This document shows, piece after piece, positions 1 to 7,812 of a stretch of DNA of 15,828 nt. This DNA comes from a virus (Duplodnaviria > Heunggongvirae > Uroviricota > Caudoviricetes): IMG/VR virus record IMGVR_UViG_2700989170_000009; one strand, 5' to 3'. Both the position numbers and the translations under genes were made by a program. The notes under the pieces are model-generated. The model was not told the origin of the DNA. It saw nothing but the letters and a program-made list of their open reading frames with translations, and searched no databases. Position 1 is the stretch's first letter, and every line of letters begins with the position of its first letter.

Positions 1-1461
1 ATGAAAAAATTACTGCGTCTTTTTTTCCCGCTCTCGCTGCGGGTACGTTTTCTGTTGGCAACGGCAGCGGTAGTACTGGTGCTTTCGCTTGCCTACGGAA
101 TGGTCGCGCTGATCGGTTATAGCGTCAGTTTCGATAAAACTACGTTTCGGCTGTTACGTGGCGAGAGCAATCTGTTCTATACCCTTGCGCAGTGGGAAAA
201 CAATAAGTTGCATGTCGAGTTACCCGAAAATATCGACAAGCAAAGCCCCACCATGACGCTAATTTATGATGAGAACGGGCAGCTTTTATGGGCGCAACGT
301 GACGTGCCCTGGCTGATGAAAATGATCCAGCCTGACTGGCTGAAATCGAATGGTTTTCATGAAATTGAAGCGGATGTTAACGATACCAGCCTCTTGCTGA
401 GTGGAGATCATTCGATACAGCAACAGTTGCAGGAAGTGCGGGAAGATGATGACGACGCGGAGATGACCCACTCGGTGGCGGTAAACGTCTACCCGGCAAC
501 ATCGCGGATGCCAAAATTAACCATTGTGGTGGTGGATACCATTCCGGTGGAGCTAAAAAGTTCCTATATGGTCTGGAGCTGGTTTATCTATGTGCTCTCA
601 GCCAATCTGCTGTTAGTGATCCCGCTGCTGTGGGTCGCCGCCTGGTGGAGTTTACGCCCCATCGAAGCCCTGGCAAAAGAAGTCCGCGAACTGGAAGAAC
701 ATAACCGCGAATTGCTCAATCCAGCCACAACGCGAGAACTGACCAGTCTGGTACGAAACCTGAACCGATTGTTAAAAAGTGAACGCGAACGTTACGACAA
801 ATACCGTACGACGCTCACCGACCTGACCCATAGTCTGAAAACGCCACTGGCGGTGCTGCAAAGTACGCTGCGTTCTCTGCGTAGTGAAAAGATGAGCGTC
901 AGTGATGCTGAGCCGGTAATGCTGGAGCAAATCAGCCGCATTTCACAGCAAATTGGCTACTACCTGCATCGTGCCAGTATGCGCGGCGGGACATTGCTCA
1001 GCCGCGAGCTGCATCCGGTCGCCCCACTGCTGGACAATCTCACCTCAGCGCTGAACAAAGTGTATCAACGCAAAGGGGTCAATATCTCTCTCGATATTTC
1101 GCCAGAGATCAGCTTTGTCGGTGAGCAGAACGATTTTGTCGAGGTGATGGGCAACGTGCTGGATAATGCCTGTAAATATTGCCTCGAGTTTGTCGAAATT
1201 TCTGCAAGGCAAACCGACGAGCATCTCTATATTGTGGTCGAGGATGATGGCCCCGGTATTCCATTAAGCAAGCGAGAGGTCATTTTCGACCGTGGTCAAC
1301 GGGTTGATACTTTACGCCCTGGGCAAGGTGTAGGGCTGGCGGTAGCCCGCGAAATCACCGAGCAATATGAGGGTAAAATCGTCGCCGGAGAGAGCATGCT
1401 GGGCGGTGCGCGGATGGAGGTGATTTTTGGTCGCCAGCATTCTGCGCCGAAAGATGAATAA
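1..1461 (+). CDS. phoQ: Sensor histidine kinase PhoQ of the PhoP/PhoQ two-component system, complete (486 aa)
   Basis: Full-length ORF; translation shows two N-terminal TM segments, a periplasmic sensor with acidic patch EDDDDAE, a His-box [12 protein letters not shown], and HATPase motifs ([14 protein letters not shown]). Recognised as enterobacterial PhoQ from the sequence itself. Stop TAA at 1459-1461. Confidence 0.95.
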   Translation: MKKLLRLFFPLSLRVRFLLATAAVVLVLSLAYGMVALIGYSVSFDKTTFRLLRGESNLFYTLAQWENNKLHVELPENIDKQSPTMTLIYDENGQLLWAQRDVPWLMKMIQPDWLKSNGFHEIEADVNDTSLLLSGDHSIQQQLQEVREDDDDAEMTHSVAVNVYPATSRMPKLTIVVVDTIPVELKSSYMVWSWFIYVLSANLLLVIPLLWVAAWWSLRPIEALAKEVRELEEHNRELLNPATTRELTSLVRNLNRLLKSERERYDKYRTTLTDLTHSLKTPLAVLQSTLRSLRSEKMSVSDAEPVMLEQISRISQQIGYYLHRASMRGGTLLSRELHPVAPLLDNLTSALNKVYQRKGVNISLDISPEISFVGEQNDFVEVMGNVLDNACKYCLEFVEISARQTDEHLYIVVEDDGPGIPLSKREVIFDRGQRVDTLRPGQGVGLAVAREITEQYEGKIVAGESMLGGARMEVIFGRQHSAPKDE

Positions 1462-1577
1462 ATATGTCCTTTTACCACTACATCAAGTCATTGATTCGAT
1501 CAAACAATTTTCATTGAAAAAGTGCCAAAAATCGCAAATTGACTACACCATTAACTACACCGTTCGGTGCACTGTAT

Positions 1578-1594
1578 GAAACAACGTGGAACAA
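1578..1594 (+). promoter_or_regulatory. Two GAACAA-type hexamers (GAAACAA-cgtg-GAACAA) near the left end of the island; related to the arrays at 9185-9210 and 14507-14552
   Basis: Direct reading: gaaacaacgtggaacaa, sharing about 17 nt with 9184-9200 (tgaacaacgtggaacaa). Confidence 0.3.
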
Positions 1595-1972
1595 ATAGAC
1601 ACAAGAAATATACAGGCGGGTAATCTTTCCAGGGGGAAGCGCACCAATTCATGAGGGGCGTTAATGTCGATATGGGGATCCCCATAACGGGGCTACCGGA
1701 TTTTTTTTCCGGTTAACCTTTAATCAGGCTGGTGGGTTTTACATACCCTTGATCACCGTAATGATGATCCAGATGTGCACCTTTTCCACCAATGGCGGAA
1801 AAGCTCCAACCGTAACGATGATCGCTATGGTTGCCTCGATGGTCTGCGTGGTCATTATGACCGTTCAGCCAGTGACCTTAATCAGAATTTTTCGCTAAAA
1901 AATGACGTTGGCCACGTCATCCGGAAAGCACAAAATCACGTCGATTTTTAATGAACGGTTAAACCGTCTTTT

Positions 1973-2008
1973 TGTCACGGTGTGTCACTGGTTGTCACTC
2001 TCCGTCAC
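1973..2008 (+). promoter_or_regulatory. Four 10-bp-phased (T/C)GTCAC hexamers; candidate integrase arm-type or regulator binding array near the left junction
   Basis: TGTCAC at 1973-1978, 1983-1988, 1993-1998 and CGTCAC at 2003-2008, exactly 10 bp apart, in non-coding DNA between phoQ and the last island gene. Confidence 0.4.
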
Positions 2009-2257
2009 GATTGAGGTGGTGGTCATTCTGCCCGACCGCGCATCTTTGCGCTATCGGGAATATCAAACAGTTACCTCGCCGACTTCCTCAAATTGAGGTT
2101 TCCGAAAATATCAGAGCGGGTTAGCGATTAAGCTGACGAGTAATTAAACTGCGAAAATTTCGTAGTTTCTGAATATATTCCGGCCTGCTGGTTAACAGTC
2201 CTCAGATGTGAGGGATGTAGCCAGCGCAATTTTGCGCTTTGCTTTAATCTCAGTGAG

Positions 2258-2539
2258 TTACCGCCGTAACCGCTCCGGCTTCTTCCAGTGGTACGTGATT
2301 TTCTCCTTCTCCCGATACAGTTCAACGCGGCGATTGTAGGCCAGCATTTCCAGAACGCGGATCCGTATGTCGCGCATATCCGCATCATTAAGCTGGATAC
2401 CATCACGGCGCATCACCTCAGCAACAACACGCGCATAATTTTCGGCTGTCACGCTGTCCGGCTGCGTGGTCTGTTCGTCAGCCTGCTGGCTGATTCCAGA
2501 GACGCGGCGGATTAATCGCAGTATTTCGGCTTCTGTCAT
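2258..2539 (-). CDS. Hypothetical protein (93 aa), last gene of the packaging operon, immediately downstream of TerL
   Basis: ATG at 2539-2537 preceded by GAGGT 7 nt upstream; starts 13 nt after the TerL stop; hydrophilic, Arg-rich C-terminus. No family recognised. Confidence 0.5.
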   Translation of the reverse strand: MTEAEILRLIRRVSGISQQADEQTTQPDSVTAENYARVVAEVMRRDGIQLNDADMRDIRIRVLEMLAYNRRVELYREKEKITYHWKKPERLRR

Positions 2540-2552
2540 GCTGCTGACCTCA

Positions 2553-4214
2553 TTACACCCCGCTAAATTCTTCCAGTTTCTGGCGGTGGCTGTCGCTTAT
2601 ATCAAAAGCAAAATCCTCATGCTCTGCCTGGAATGTACCAAACGCCATCAGCGCCGCTACGCTCGGGTCTATCTTGTTCGGTGATTTTTTCTTGTTCGGC
2701 TTGATATTGGCGTTCGCGTCACTCTGCATCACGACGTTACTCATCGACCAGGACAACACCGGATCGCCACGATGCACAATCACCCTGCGGTTAACAAAAA
2801 CTTCGAACGATTTCGCCGCCGGACTGAATCTGAGGTAGGTTTGCGGGAACGGCTCCACCTCAAAACCAGCCCCCTGTAATTGCGTCCTGAGATGCGTGGC
2901 GTTCCACGTATCAAAGCCCACCAGCCTGATATTAAATTTCTCCGCATCCTGCATGATGTCATCTCTGATCCGGTCGTAATCAATGCAGTCACCTGGCGTT
3001 GTGCGTATCCAGCCCGCTTTAGCCCACTGGCGATAGACAGCGCGGTTTTTATTGGCGGGGTTCTGTAGCTGGAACTCCGGCAGATAATGACGGGAAATCA
3101 GCATAATGGTTTTACCGACCGGAAAGGCATAGCATACGCTGGAAATATCGCTGGTTGATGATAAGTCCAGCCCCGCGTAACACTCCTGACCGTGTAAATC
3201 TTCCTCCGTGAACGTTCCGGCACACTCAGCCCATGCACCATTACCCATCCACGGGGTAGTCCCCTGACACCAGATATTAAATCGCTTTGTCATCATCTCC
3301 ACCCACTGCGACGGAATACCCCGCGCTTTCTGGATGGTTGAGGCCAGTTTTTCACGATCCACGGAAACATCAATATTAGGGTTCGCCTTTATCCACATCG
3401 CCGGATCATCAACCTCGTTTTCGTCGTCCAGTTCGTAAATCAGTACAAAAATTGAATCGTTAACCTCTTCGCCGTCCAGGATCTGGCAGCAATAATCATA
3501 GTGCTGTTTACAGGCTGAAACGACGTTACTGCCCGATGTGGTAATGGCAAATAACAGCCCTTCGGGACGTGCGCCCATCCCCAGCTCAAGCGCGGAATAA
3601 ACGCCGTTATCGGGGTGTAGGTGGTATTCGTCCACGATGGAAAGACTGGGGTTTGTCCCCTCGATGGTTGCCGCTTTTGCTGCCAGCGGCTTTAACAGGC
3701 TGTTGCTTTTCGGGTGTATCACCTTATGCGCCTGAATATTCACCCGCCTGCGTAACGGTCGGGATAAAAGGCACATCTGACGCGCATTATCAAACACGAT
3801 CCGCGCCTGGTCACGGCTCACCGCTGCGGTGTAGATATCCTGCTGACCGTTCTCCATAATCAGAAACCAGTTAGCCAGAATCGCGGCGGTCGTGGATTTC
3901 GCATTTTTGCGCGGCACTTCGATAAAGGCGCTCGTGTATTTGCGCCGTCCGGTGGCCTTAACCTTAAAGCCGAGGATGCACGCAAAGGCGAACTGCTGCC
4001 ACGGCTCCAGCTCAATGGGTCTGCCACGCATCGGTCCTTTTACGTGCGGGCACACCCTGGAAAAGGCAATAAACCGCTCCACAACCTCACGATCGAACGT
4101 GTAAAGGGGGCTTTTAAGGTCCGAAAAGTACCGTTTAACAGCCTGTTTTAACCGTTTACAGGCCGGAATTTTGCCCGTTTTTACGTCTTCTGCGTACTTA
4201 TTCCAGGCGGTCAA
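2553..4214 (-). CDS. Terminase large subunit (TerL), HK97-like Terminase_1 type
   Basis: 553 aa; Walker A-like PRKNAKST near the N-terminus, nuclease-domain acidic residues towards the C-terminus; typical size and position after TerS. Only in-frame start is TTG at 4214-4212, with AAGAGGA 5 nt upstream; overlaps TerS by 17 nt. Confidence 0.85.
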   Translation of the reverse strand: MTAWNKYAEDVKTGKIPACKRLKQAVKRYFSDLKSPLYTFDREVVERFIAFSRVCPHVKGPMRGRPIELEPWQQFAFACILGFKVKATGRRKYTSAFIEVPRKNAKSTTAAILANWFLIMENGQQDIYTAAVSRDQARIVFDNARQMCLLSRPLRRRVNIQAHKVIHPKSNSLLKPLAAKAATIEGTNPSLSIVDEYHLHPDNGVYSALELGMGARPEGLLFAITTSGSNVVSACKQHYDYCCQILDGEEVNDSIFVLIYELDDENEVDDPAMWIKANPNIDVSVDREKLASTIQKARGIPSQWVEMMTKRFNIWCQGTTPWMGNGAWAECAGTFTEEDLHGQECYAGLDLSSTSDISSVCYAFPVGKTIMLISRHYLPEFQLQNPANKNRAVYRQWAKAGWIRTTPGDCIDYDRIRDDIMQDAEKFNIRLVGFDTWNATHLRTQLQGAGFEVEPFPQTYLRFSPAAKSFEVFVNRRVIVHRGDPVLSWSMSNVVMQSDANANIKPNKKKSPNKIDPSVAALMAFGTFQAEHEDFAFDISDSHRQKLEEFSGV

Positions 4215-4509
4215 GCTCGTCCTCTTCTTCTGTTTCCGGTGGATTTTTACGGCGGCTTATCGGGTCAAAACCGAGCAAGGAGGCCATTTTTATCATCACT
4301 CTTTCAGCGTCGGATTTTGCGCTTAATGCGGGGTTTCTGCTCTCGCCGCCCTGACTGTTAACAATGCTGAACCCGCGCGCCGCAAGGTCTGCAACGGCTT
4401 TCCGGTAAATGGAGTAGTTGACGCAATACAGTTCCAGATTGCTCCAGTCGGCGGGGGTCAGGTCTCCCCGTTCCGCAAGCTGCCGCGATTTTTCCCGCCA
4501 CTGCTTCAC
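4198..4509 (-). CDS. Terminase small subunit (TerS), P27-family-like
   Basis: 103 aa with acidic C-terminal tail (ETEEEDELDRLE) and composition typical of P27-type small terminases; sits directly upstream of and overlapping TerL. Start is GTG at 4509-4507. Confidence 0.65.
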   Translation of the reverse strand: MKQWREKSRQLAERGDLTPADWSNLELYCVNYSIYRKAVADLAARGFSIVNSQGGESRNPALSAKSDAERVMIKMASLLGFDPISRRKNPPETEEEDELDRLE

Positions 4510-4552
4510 GGCGATATCATCCAGGTAGGCGGGGGCGGGGTTGTCCTGGAAA

Positions 4553-4595
4553 NNNNNNNNNNNNNNNNNNNNNNNNNNNNNNNNNNNNNNNNNNN
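4553..4595. other. Assembly gap (43 N)
   Basis: Run of N flanked by G-rich ggcgggggcgggg-ttgtcctggaaa on the left and gtttgtcctgaaaa-cgccccccaccccg on the right. Confidence 0.95.
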
Positions 4596-4636
4596 GTTTG
4601 TCCTGAAAACGCCCCCCACCCCGTCATACAGCCTCA

Positions 4637-4810
4637 TCAGCGATTGCGGAAACATTCCATAACCTCGCGGTCACGGTCGGTTAATCGCTTCGCTGTGATG
4701 CGTTCTGCGCGTCCTGACGCTTTATCTTTATGCCCTGTTTCCTGTGTCTTCCATGCGTCACGCTGCCTTATAAGTCCACGGATAAGGCGGTTTTGTTCCC
4801 GCTCATTCAT
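4637..4810 (-). CDS. Possible small basic protein (about 57 aa) between HNH and TerS
   Basis: ATG at 4810-4808 (alternative 4819-4817) overlapping the last HNH codons; Lys/Arg-rich product MNEREQNRLIRGLIRQRDAW...; no clear Shine-Dalgarno. Weak call. Confidence 0.25.
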   Translation of the reverse strand: MNEREQNRLIRGLIRQRDAWKTQETGHKDKASGRAERITAKRLTDRDREVMECFRNR

Positions 4811-5243
4811 CAGCGTCATACATCCAGTTATTGCGGTTAGCAGCCCGTTCTTCCTCTTCACGAAATCCACCTGCGGCACGCTTGCTTTTTGTTGCCGGAT
4901 CAAGCCATTTCGTTTTCTGGTTATGACACGCCTGGCACAATGGTTGATGGTTCCATTCGGGCCAGAAGAGAACATCATCACCGCCATTAATCGGGATAAT
5001 GTGATCCACCACCACGGCGGGCGTATATATCCCCTTCTCAAGGCATCGCACGCATAACGGGTTTTTACTCAGATACATGGCGCGGTATTTGTCCCACTGT
5101 CTGGAATATCCACGCGCGCGGCGGTGTCCTCGTCTGGCATCCTCTGCACGCCATGCCGCCCGCCTGTGCTCCTCACACTTGCCGGATTTAACGCGCCTGT
5201 TACAGCCTGGTTCTGTGCATCGTCTTAATGGTTGCCACGGCAT
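4803..5243 (-). CDS. HNH endonuclease (phage packaging-associated)
   Basis: 146 aa with paired Cys (CxxC twice) and a DH...N...H core (VVVDHIIPINGGD ... CQACHNQK), as in HNH nucleases next to cos-type terminases. ATG at 5243-5241 overlaps the upstream stop (TGATG). Confidence 0.85.
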   Translation of the reverse strand: MPWQPLRRCTEPGCNRRVKSGKCEEHRRAAWRAEDARRGHRRARGYSRQWDKYRAMYLSKNPLCVRCLEKGIYTPAVVVDHIIPINGGDDVLFWPEWNHQPLCQACHNQKTKWLDPATKSKRAAGGFREEEERAANRNNWMYDADE

Positions 5244-5539
5244 CAGTACCCCCCCACATCACGGTAAGCCGTCCAGAGTGCGCCTATCGTCATGGGTACG
5301 CGTGTTTTTGCGTTATCCGCGACAATCTGGCGATTTTCATACAGGTGAGCGATAAACATCATGCAGCCAATCTTTATGGCTGGCGTGAACGCCAGCCCGT
5401 CATCAAAGCGCCTGCCTATGTGTATCTGGCACGCCTCAAGCGATGCGGCAATGTATCCGCTGATTAACTGGTCTTCATCGTCGCCATCGATGCGGCAATG
5501 GAGTTTCACTTCTTCCAGGGTGATAAGTTCTTCTGTCAT
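5243..5539 (-). CDS. gp6-like head-tail connector protein
   Basis: 98 aa beginning MTEELITLEEVKLHCRIDGDDEDQLISGYIAAS, the characteristic N-terminal signature of gp6-like connector proteins. Confidence 0.7.
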   Translation of the reverse strand: MTEELITLEEVKLHCRIDGDDEDQLISGYIAASLEACQIHIGRRFDDGLAFTPAIKIGCMMFIAHLYENRQIVADNAKTRVPMTIGALWTAYRDVGGY

Positions 5540-5606
5540 TTTTCCGCGCCCTCACGACAAAGAATTTCAAGGCGTGTCCTGGCGGCATCCGGCAGCGGCT
5601 GGCCCG

Positions 5607-5723
5607 NNNNNNNNNNNNNNNNNNNNNNNNNNNNNNNNNNNNNNNNNNNNNNNNNNNNNNNNNNNNNNNNNNNNNNNNNNNNNNNNNNNNNNNNNNNNNN
5701 NNNNNNNNNNNNNNNNNNNNNNN
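5607..5723. other. Assembly gap (117 N) interrupting the head-closure gene
   Basis: Run of N; the reading frame across it is arbitrary. Confidence 0.95.
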
Positions 5724-5933
5724 GTTGATGTCCTTCCGGTACCGTATCCAGATCCTTACGGTACCAATCGCCAGCTCTGCGCCCGATGAAATGGCCTCCT
5801 TGCTGCTGACCATGTTCACGCTTGCCCAGAGTGTGTGACCGTCCTCCCACGTTTCGAGTATTTCGCCGGTTATATCCCTGGTCTGTTTCAGGGTCTGAAT
5901 CGTTATCCTGTCACGCAGTCGCCCTATGTTCAT
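5724..5933 (-). CDS. Head closure / head-tail joining protein (Phage_H_T_join-like), 5' portion only; 3' end lost in the gap
   Basis: ATG at 5933-5931 overlaps the portal stop (ATGA); GAGGGAG upstream. Translation MNIGRLRDRITIQ...WEDGHTLWASVN...IRYRKDIN matches the RxxITIQ ... IRYRxDI pattern of head-tail joining proteins. Confidence 0.5.
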
Positions 5934-7141
5934 TCCGGTTTTTCTCCCTCGCTGATTTTTACTTCCTGTTTCCATGCCTGGCTGAACTCATCACCACCAT
6001 CACGCGGTGACAGCCCTTCACGTTCGCGGGCTTCGTTCGGACACATAACGTCGGATTTTATGCCGCGCTCATAGGTGGCAAAGCGTTCGCCAGGTGTGGC
6101 CCGTAACAGGTCCGCGCTGTCAAACTCCACCTGATACCGGATACCAGGTACAGGCGAGGCCACCAGCAAGGCGTTTTTTATCTGCTGCTCAAAGTTCGCC
6201 AGCCACGGGCGCATCGTCATGGTGAGAAATGCGCGGCTTGCCTCGCTGAAGTTGCTGTAGGTGCTGTTGCTGTATTCCTGCAAAAAAATCGGCGAGACGT
6301 TGAACATTCGGGCGATGTCTTCAATGGTGAAGCGACGGGAGGCCAGCCATTCGGCATCCTGATTACTCATGCCCAGCTGCTGATAGCTCATCCCCCCTTC
6401 AAGGATGGGCGTTTTTCCGGCGTTTCTGGCCCCTTTGTAGCGTTCCAGTGCGGCTAATGCCTGTTTGCCCTTCACGCCGTCCAGCCATTCGCCTGACGTG
6501 ATAACCCCTGCCGCCATCATGCCATCACGCATCACGCTCGCGCCGTGGCGTTGTTGGGCCAGCCCAAGCCCCAGCGATTCGCGGCAGATGGTTACAGGTG
6601 AGCGCCCCATAAAACCGTCATCCGTGGAGTAACGAAGGTGGAGAACCTCCCACGGTAAATAGTTGCGGATGTTTCCGGTGTAGGCGTCAGTGATGCAGTA
6701 GCGCCAGTTATGATCACCTGTCTGCTCCACGTTCACCGACTGCGGCGGGTAAGGATGTAAAGCCGCCGGAAAACCATCACGCCCCCACTGAATAACCGCA
6801 TAAGCATTACCACTTAACAGGCAGTAGCGGATCATCATTCGCTTAAACTGGTAGGGTGTCTGCCACGCGTTCGGGCGCTCGTTGAGGATGTGATCGACCG
6901 GATGAGAATCAAGCCATTCGCGGGCCTCCTTCCCCTTCTCATTGCGTACCAGGTACAGGTAACACGGCATGGTAGCCACCGCGTCAGAGATGACCGTGAC
7001 GGCGTTCATGACGGCGGGGAGTGATTCCGCTGTCCCAGATGATACGTACTCACCCGCCCCCGTGTTCGATGTGCCGGCCAGCGCCATAAATTCATCAAGC
7101 GTCATGCTGCGCTGCTCTTTTTTTCGTCTGAAAGGCCACAT
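5930..7141 (-). CDS. Portal protein, HK97 family
   Basis: 403 aa, typical size and composition for HK97-type portals, acidic C-terminus; placed between protease and connector genes; GGGGG Shine-Dalgarno 6 nt upstream of ATG 7141-7139. Confidence 0.85.
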   Translation of the reverse strand: MWPFRRKKEQRSMTLDEFMALAGTSNTGAGEYVSSGTAESLPAVMNAVTVISDAVATMPCYLYLVRNEKGKEAREWLDSHPVDHILNERPNAWQTPYQFKRMMIRYCLLSGNAYAVIQWGRDGFPAALHPYPPQSVNVEQTGDHNWRYCITDAYTGNIRNYLPWEVLHLRYSTDDGFMGRSPVTICRESLGLGLAQQRHGASVMRDGMMAAGVITSGEWLDGVKGKQALAALERYKGARNAGKTPILEGGMSYQQLGMSNQDAEWLASRRFTIEDIARMFNVSPIFLQEYSNSTYSNFSEASRAFLTMTMRPWLANFEQQIKNALLVASPVPGIRYQVEFDSADLLRATPGERFATYERGIKSDVMCPNEAREREGLSPRDGGDEFSQAWKQEVKISEGEKPE

Positions 7142-7209
7142 ATCACACCCCCGCTAAATCCGCCCACCAGCGGCGATTATCCGCACGCGGCATTTTTTCG
7201 GGGTGCTGC

Positions 7210-7773
7210 TCATACAGGGAACGGCGGGGCCGCCNNNNNNNNNNNNNNNNNNNNNNNNNNNNNNNNNNNNNNNNNNNNNNNNNNNNNNNNNNNNNNNNNN
7301 NNNNNNNNNNNNNNNNNNNNNNNNGTAACGGTAATTTCGTACAGTTCCGCCACCAGCACGGTGCGCACGCATGGATCTGTTGTGGTATCCCATACATCCT
7401 TACGGGAGCGAAAGCCAAAGCTCATCCCCGAGATGTCCCCACGCTTAACCAGTTCGATAACGTCGCGCCCTGTACTGGTATCCGGTGGGGTCAGTTCAAA
7501 GCGTAACCCTGTTTCGTCCTCTTCCAGTTTCAGCGTGCCGGAACGGGTGCGCCCCAGTAACATGCTGTGGTCATGCTCATACAGGCCGCGAACGTCATTA
7601 CCCGCCGCAAGCCATTCAGTAAACGCCCCCCGCTGGAATTTTTCGTAAAACTCACCCCATAACAGTTCTGAAAGCTTATCCCAGCGAACAACGTAGCCCG
7701 TCAGCGTACCGGCTCCGCTGGTGGTGATTTCCGATGACCGGATTTCCATACTCTTCATAATTTTTTCACCCAT
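7210..7773 (-). CDS. Prohead maturation protease, HK97 family (S78 peptidase); C-terminal part spans a gap
   Basis: Translation contains the catalytic His (LYEHDH) and Ser (GMSFGF) motifs of HK97 prohead protease. ATG at 7773-7771. Residues after 7325 are uncertain because of the 90-N gap at 7235-7324. Confidence 0.75.
   Translation of the reverse strand: MGEKIMKSMEIRSSEITTSGAGTLTGYVVRWDKLSELLWGEFYEKFQRGAFTEWLAAGNDVRGLYEHDHSMLLGRTRSGTLKLEEDETGLRFELTPPDTSTGRDVIELVKRGDISGMSFGFRSRKDVWDTTTDPCVRTVLVAELYEITVXXXXXXXXXXXXXXXXXXXXXXXXXXXXXXXAAPPFPV
7235..7324. other. Assembly gap (90 N)
   Basis: Run of N with GC-rich left flank (acggcggggccgcc). Confidence 0.95.
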
Positions 7774-7782
7774 AAAACACTA

Positions 7783-7802
7783 AAGGGGCTTTTTAGCCCC
7801 TT
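7783..7802 (-). terminator. Hairpin between capsid and protease genes; possible partial terminator or attenuator
   Basis: Perfect 8-bp stem (aaggggct / agcccctt) with a 4-nt loop, followed on the minus strand by uuaguguuuu just before the protease ATG. Confidence 0.35.
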
Positions 7803-7812
7803 CTGTATGCTG

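Noticed and set aside
286-1478. Antisense ORFs inside phoQ (286-471, 1296-1478)
   Set aside because: Opposite strand of a clearly identified full-length phoQ.
1902-2096. 64-aa plus-strand ORF
   Set aside because: Covers the TGTCAC repeat array, has no ribosome-binding site and low-complexity translation; the repeats are the more likely functional element.
2222-2248. Palindrome agcgca-attt-tgcgct followed by T-rich run as a terminator of the packaging operon
   Set aside because: The T-rich tail is on the plus strand, the wrong side for the minus-strand operon, and the stem is only 6 bp; left uncalled.
2128-2684. Overlapping track ORFs 2128-2406 (-), 2288-2515 (+), 2466-2684 (+)
   Set aside because: Alternative frames or antisense of the 93-aa gene and the TerL 3' end; no independent start signals.
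4637-5041. Full 134-aa minus-strand ORF
   Set aside because: Its 5' two-thirds overlap the HNH gene in another frame; only the short 3' part (4637-4810) is kept as a weak candidate.
5475-5975. 166-aa ORF spanning the 117-N gap as a single gene
   Set aside because: Frame continuity across N is arbitrary; the downstream part overlaps the independently supported gp6-like gene. Only the 5' portion (5724-5933) is called.
7143-7418. ORFs 7143-7418 and 7154-7393 spanning the 90-N gap
   Set aside because: Alternative frames of the protease 3' region extended through N; no support.
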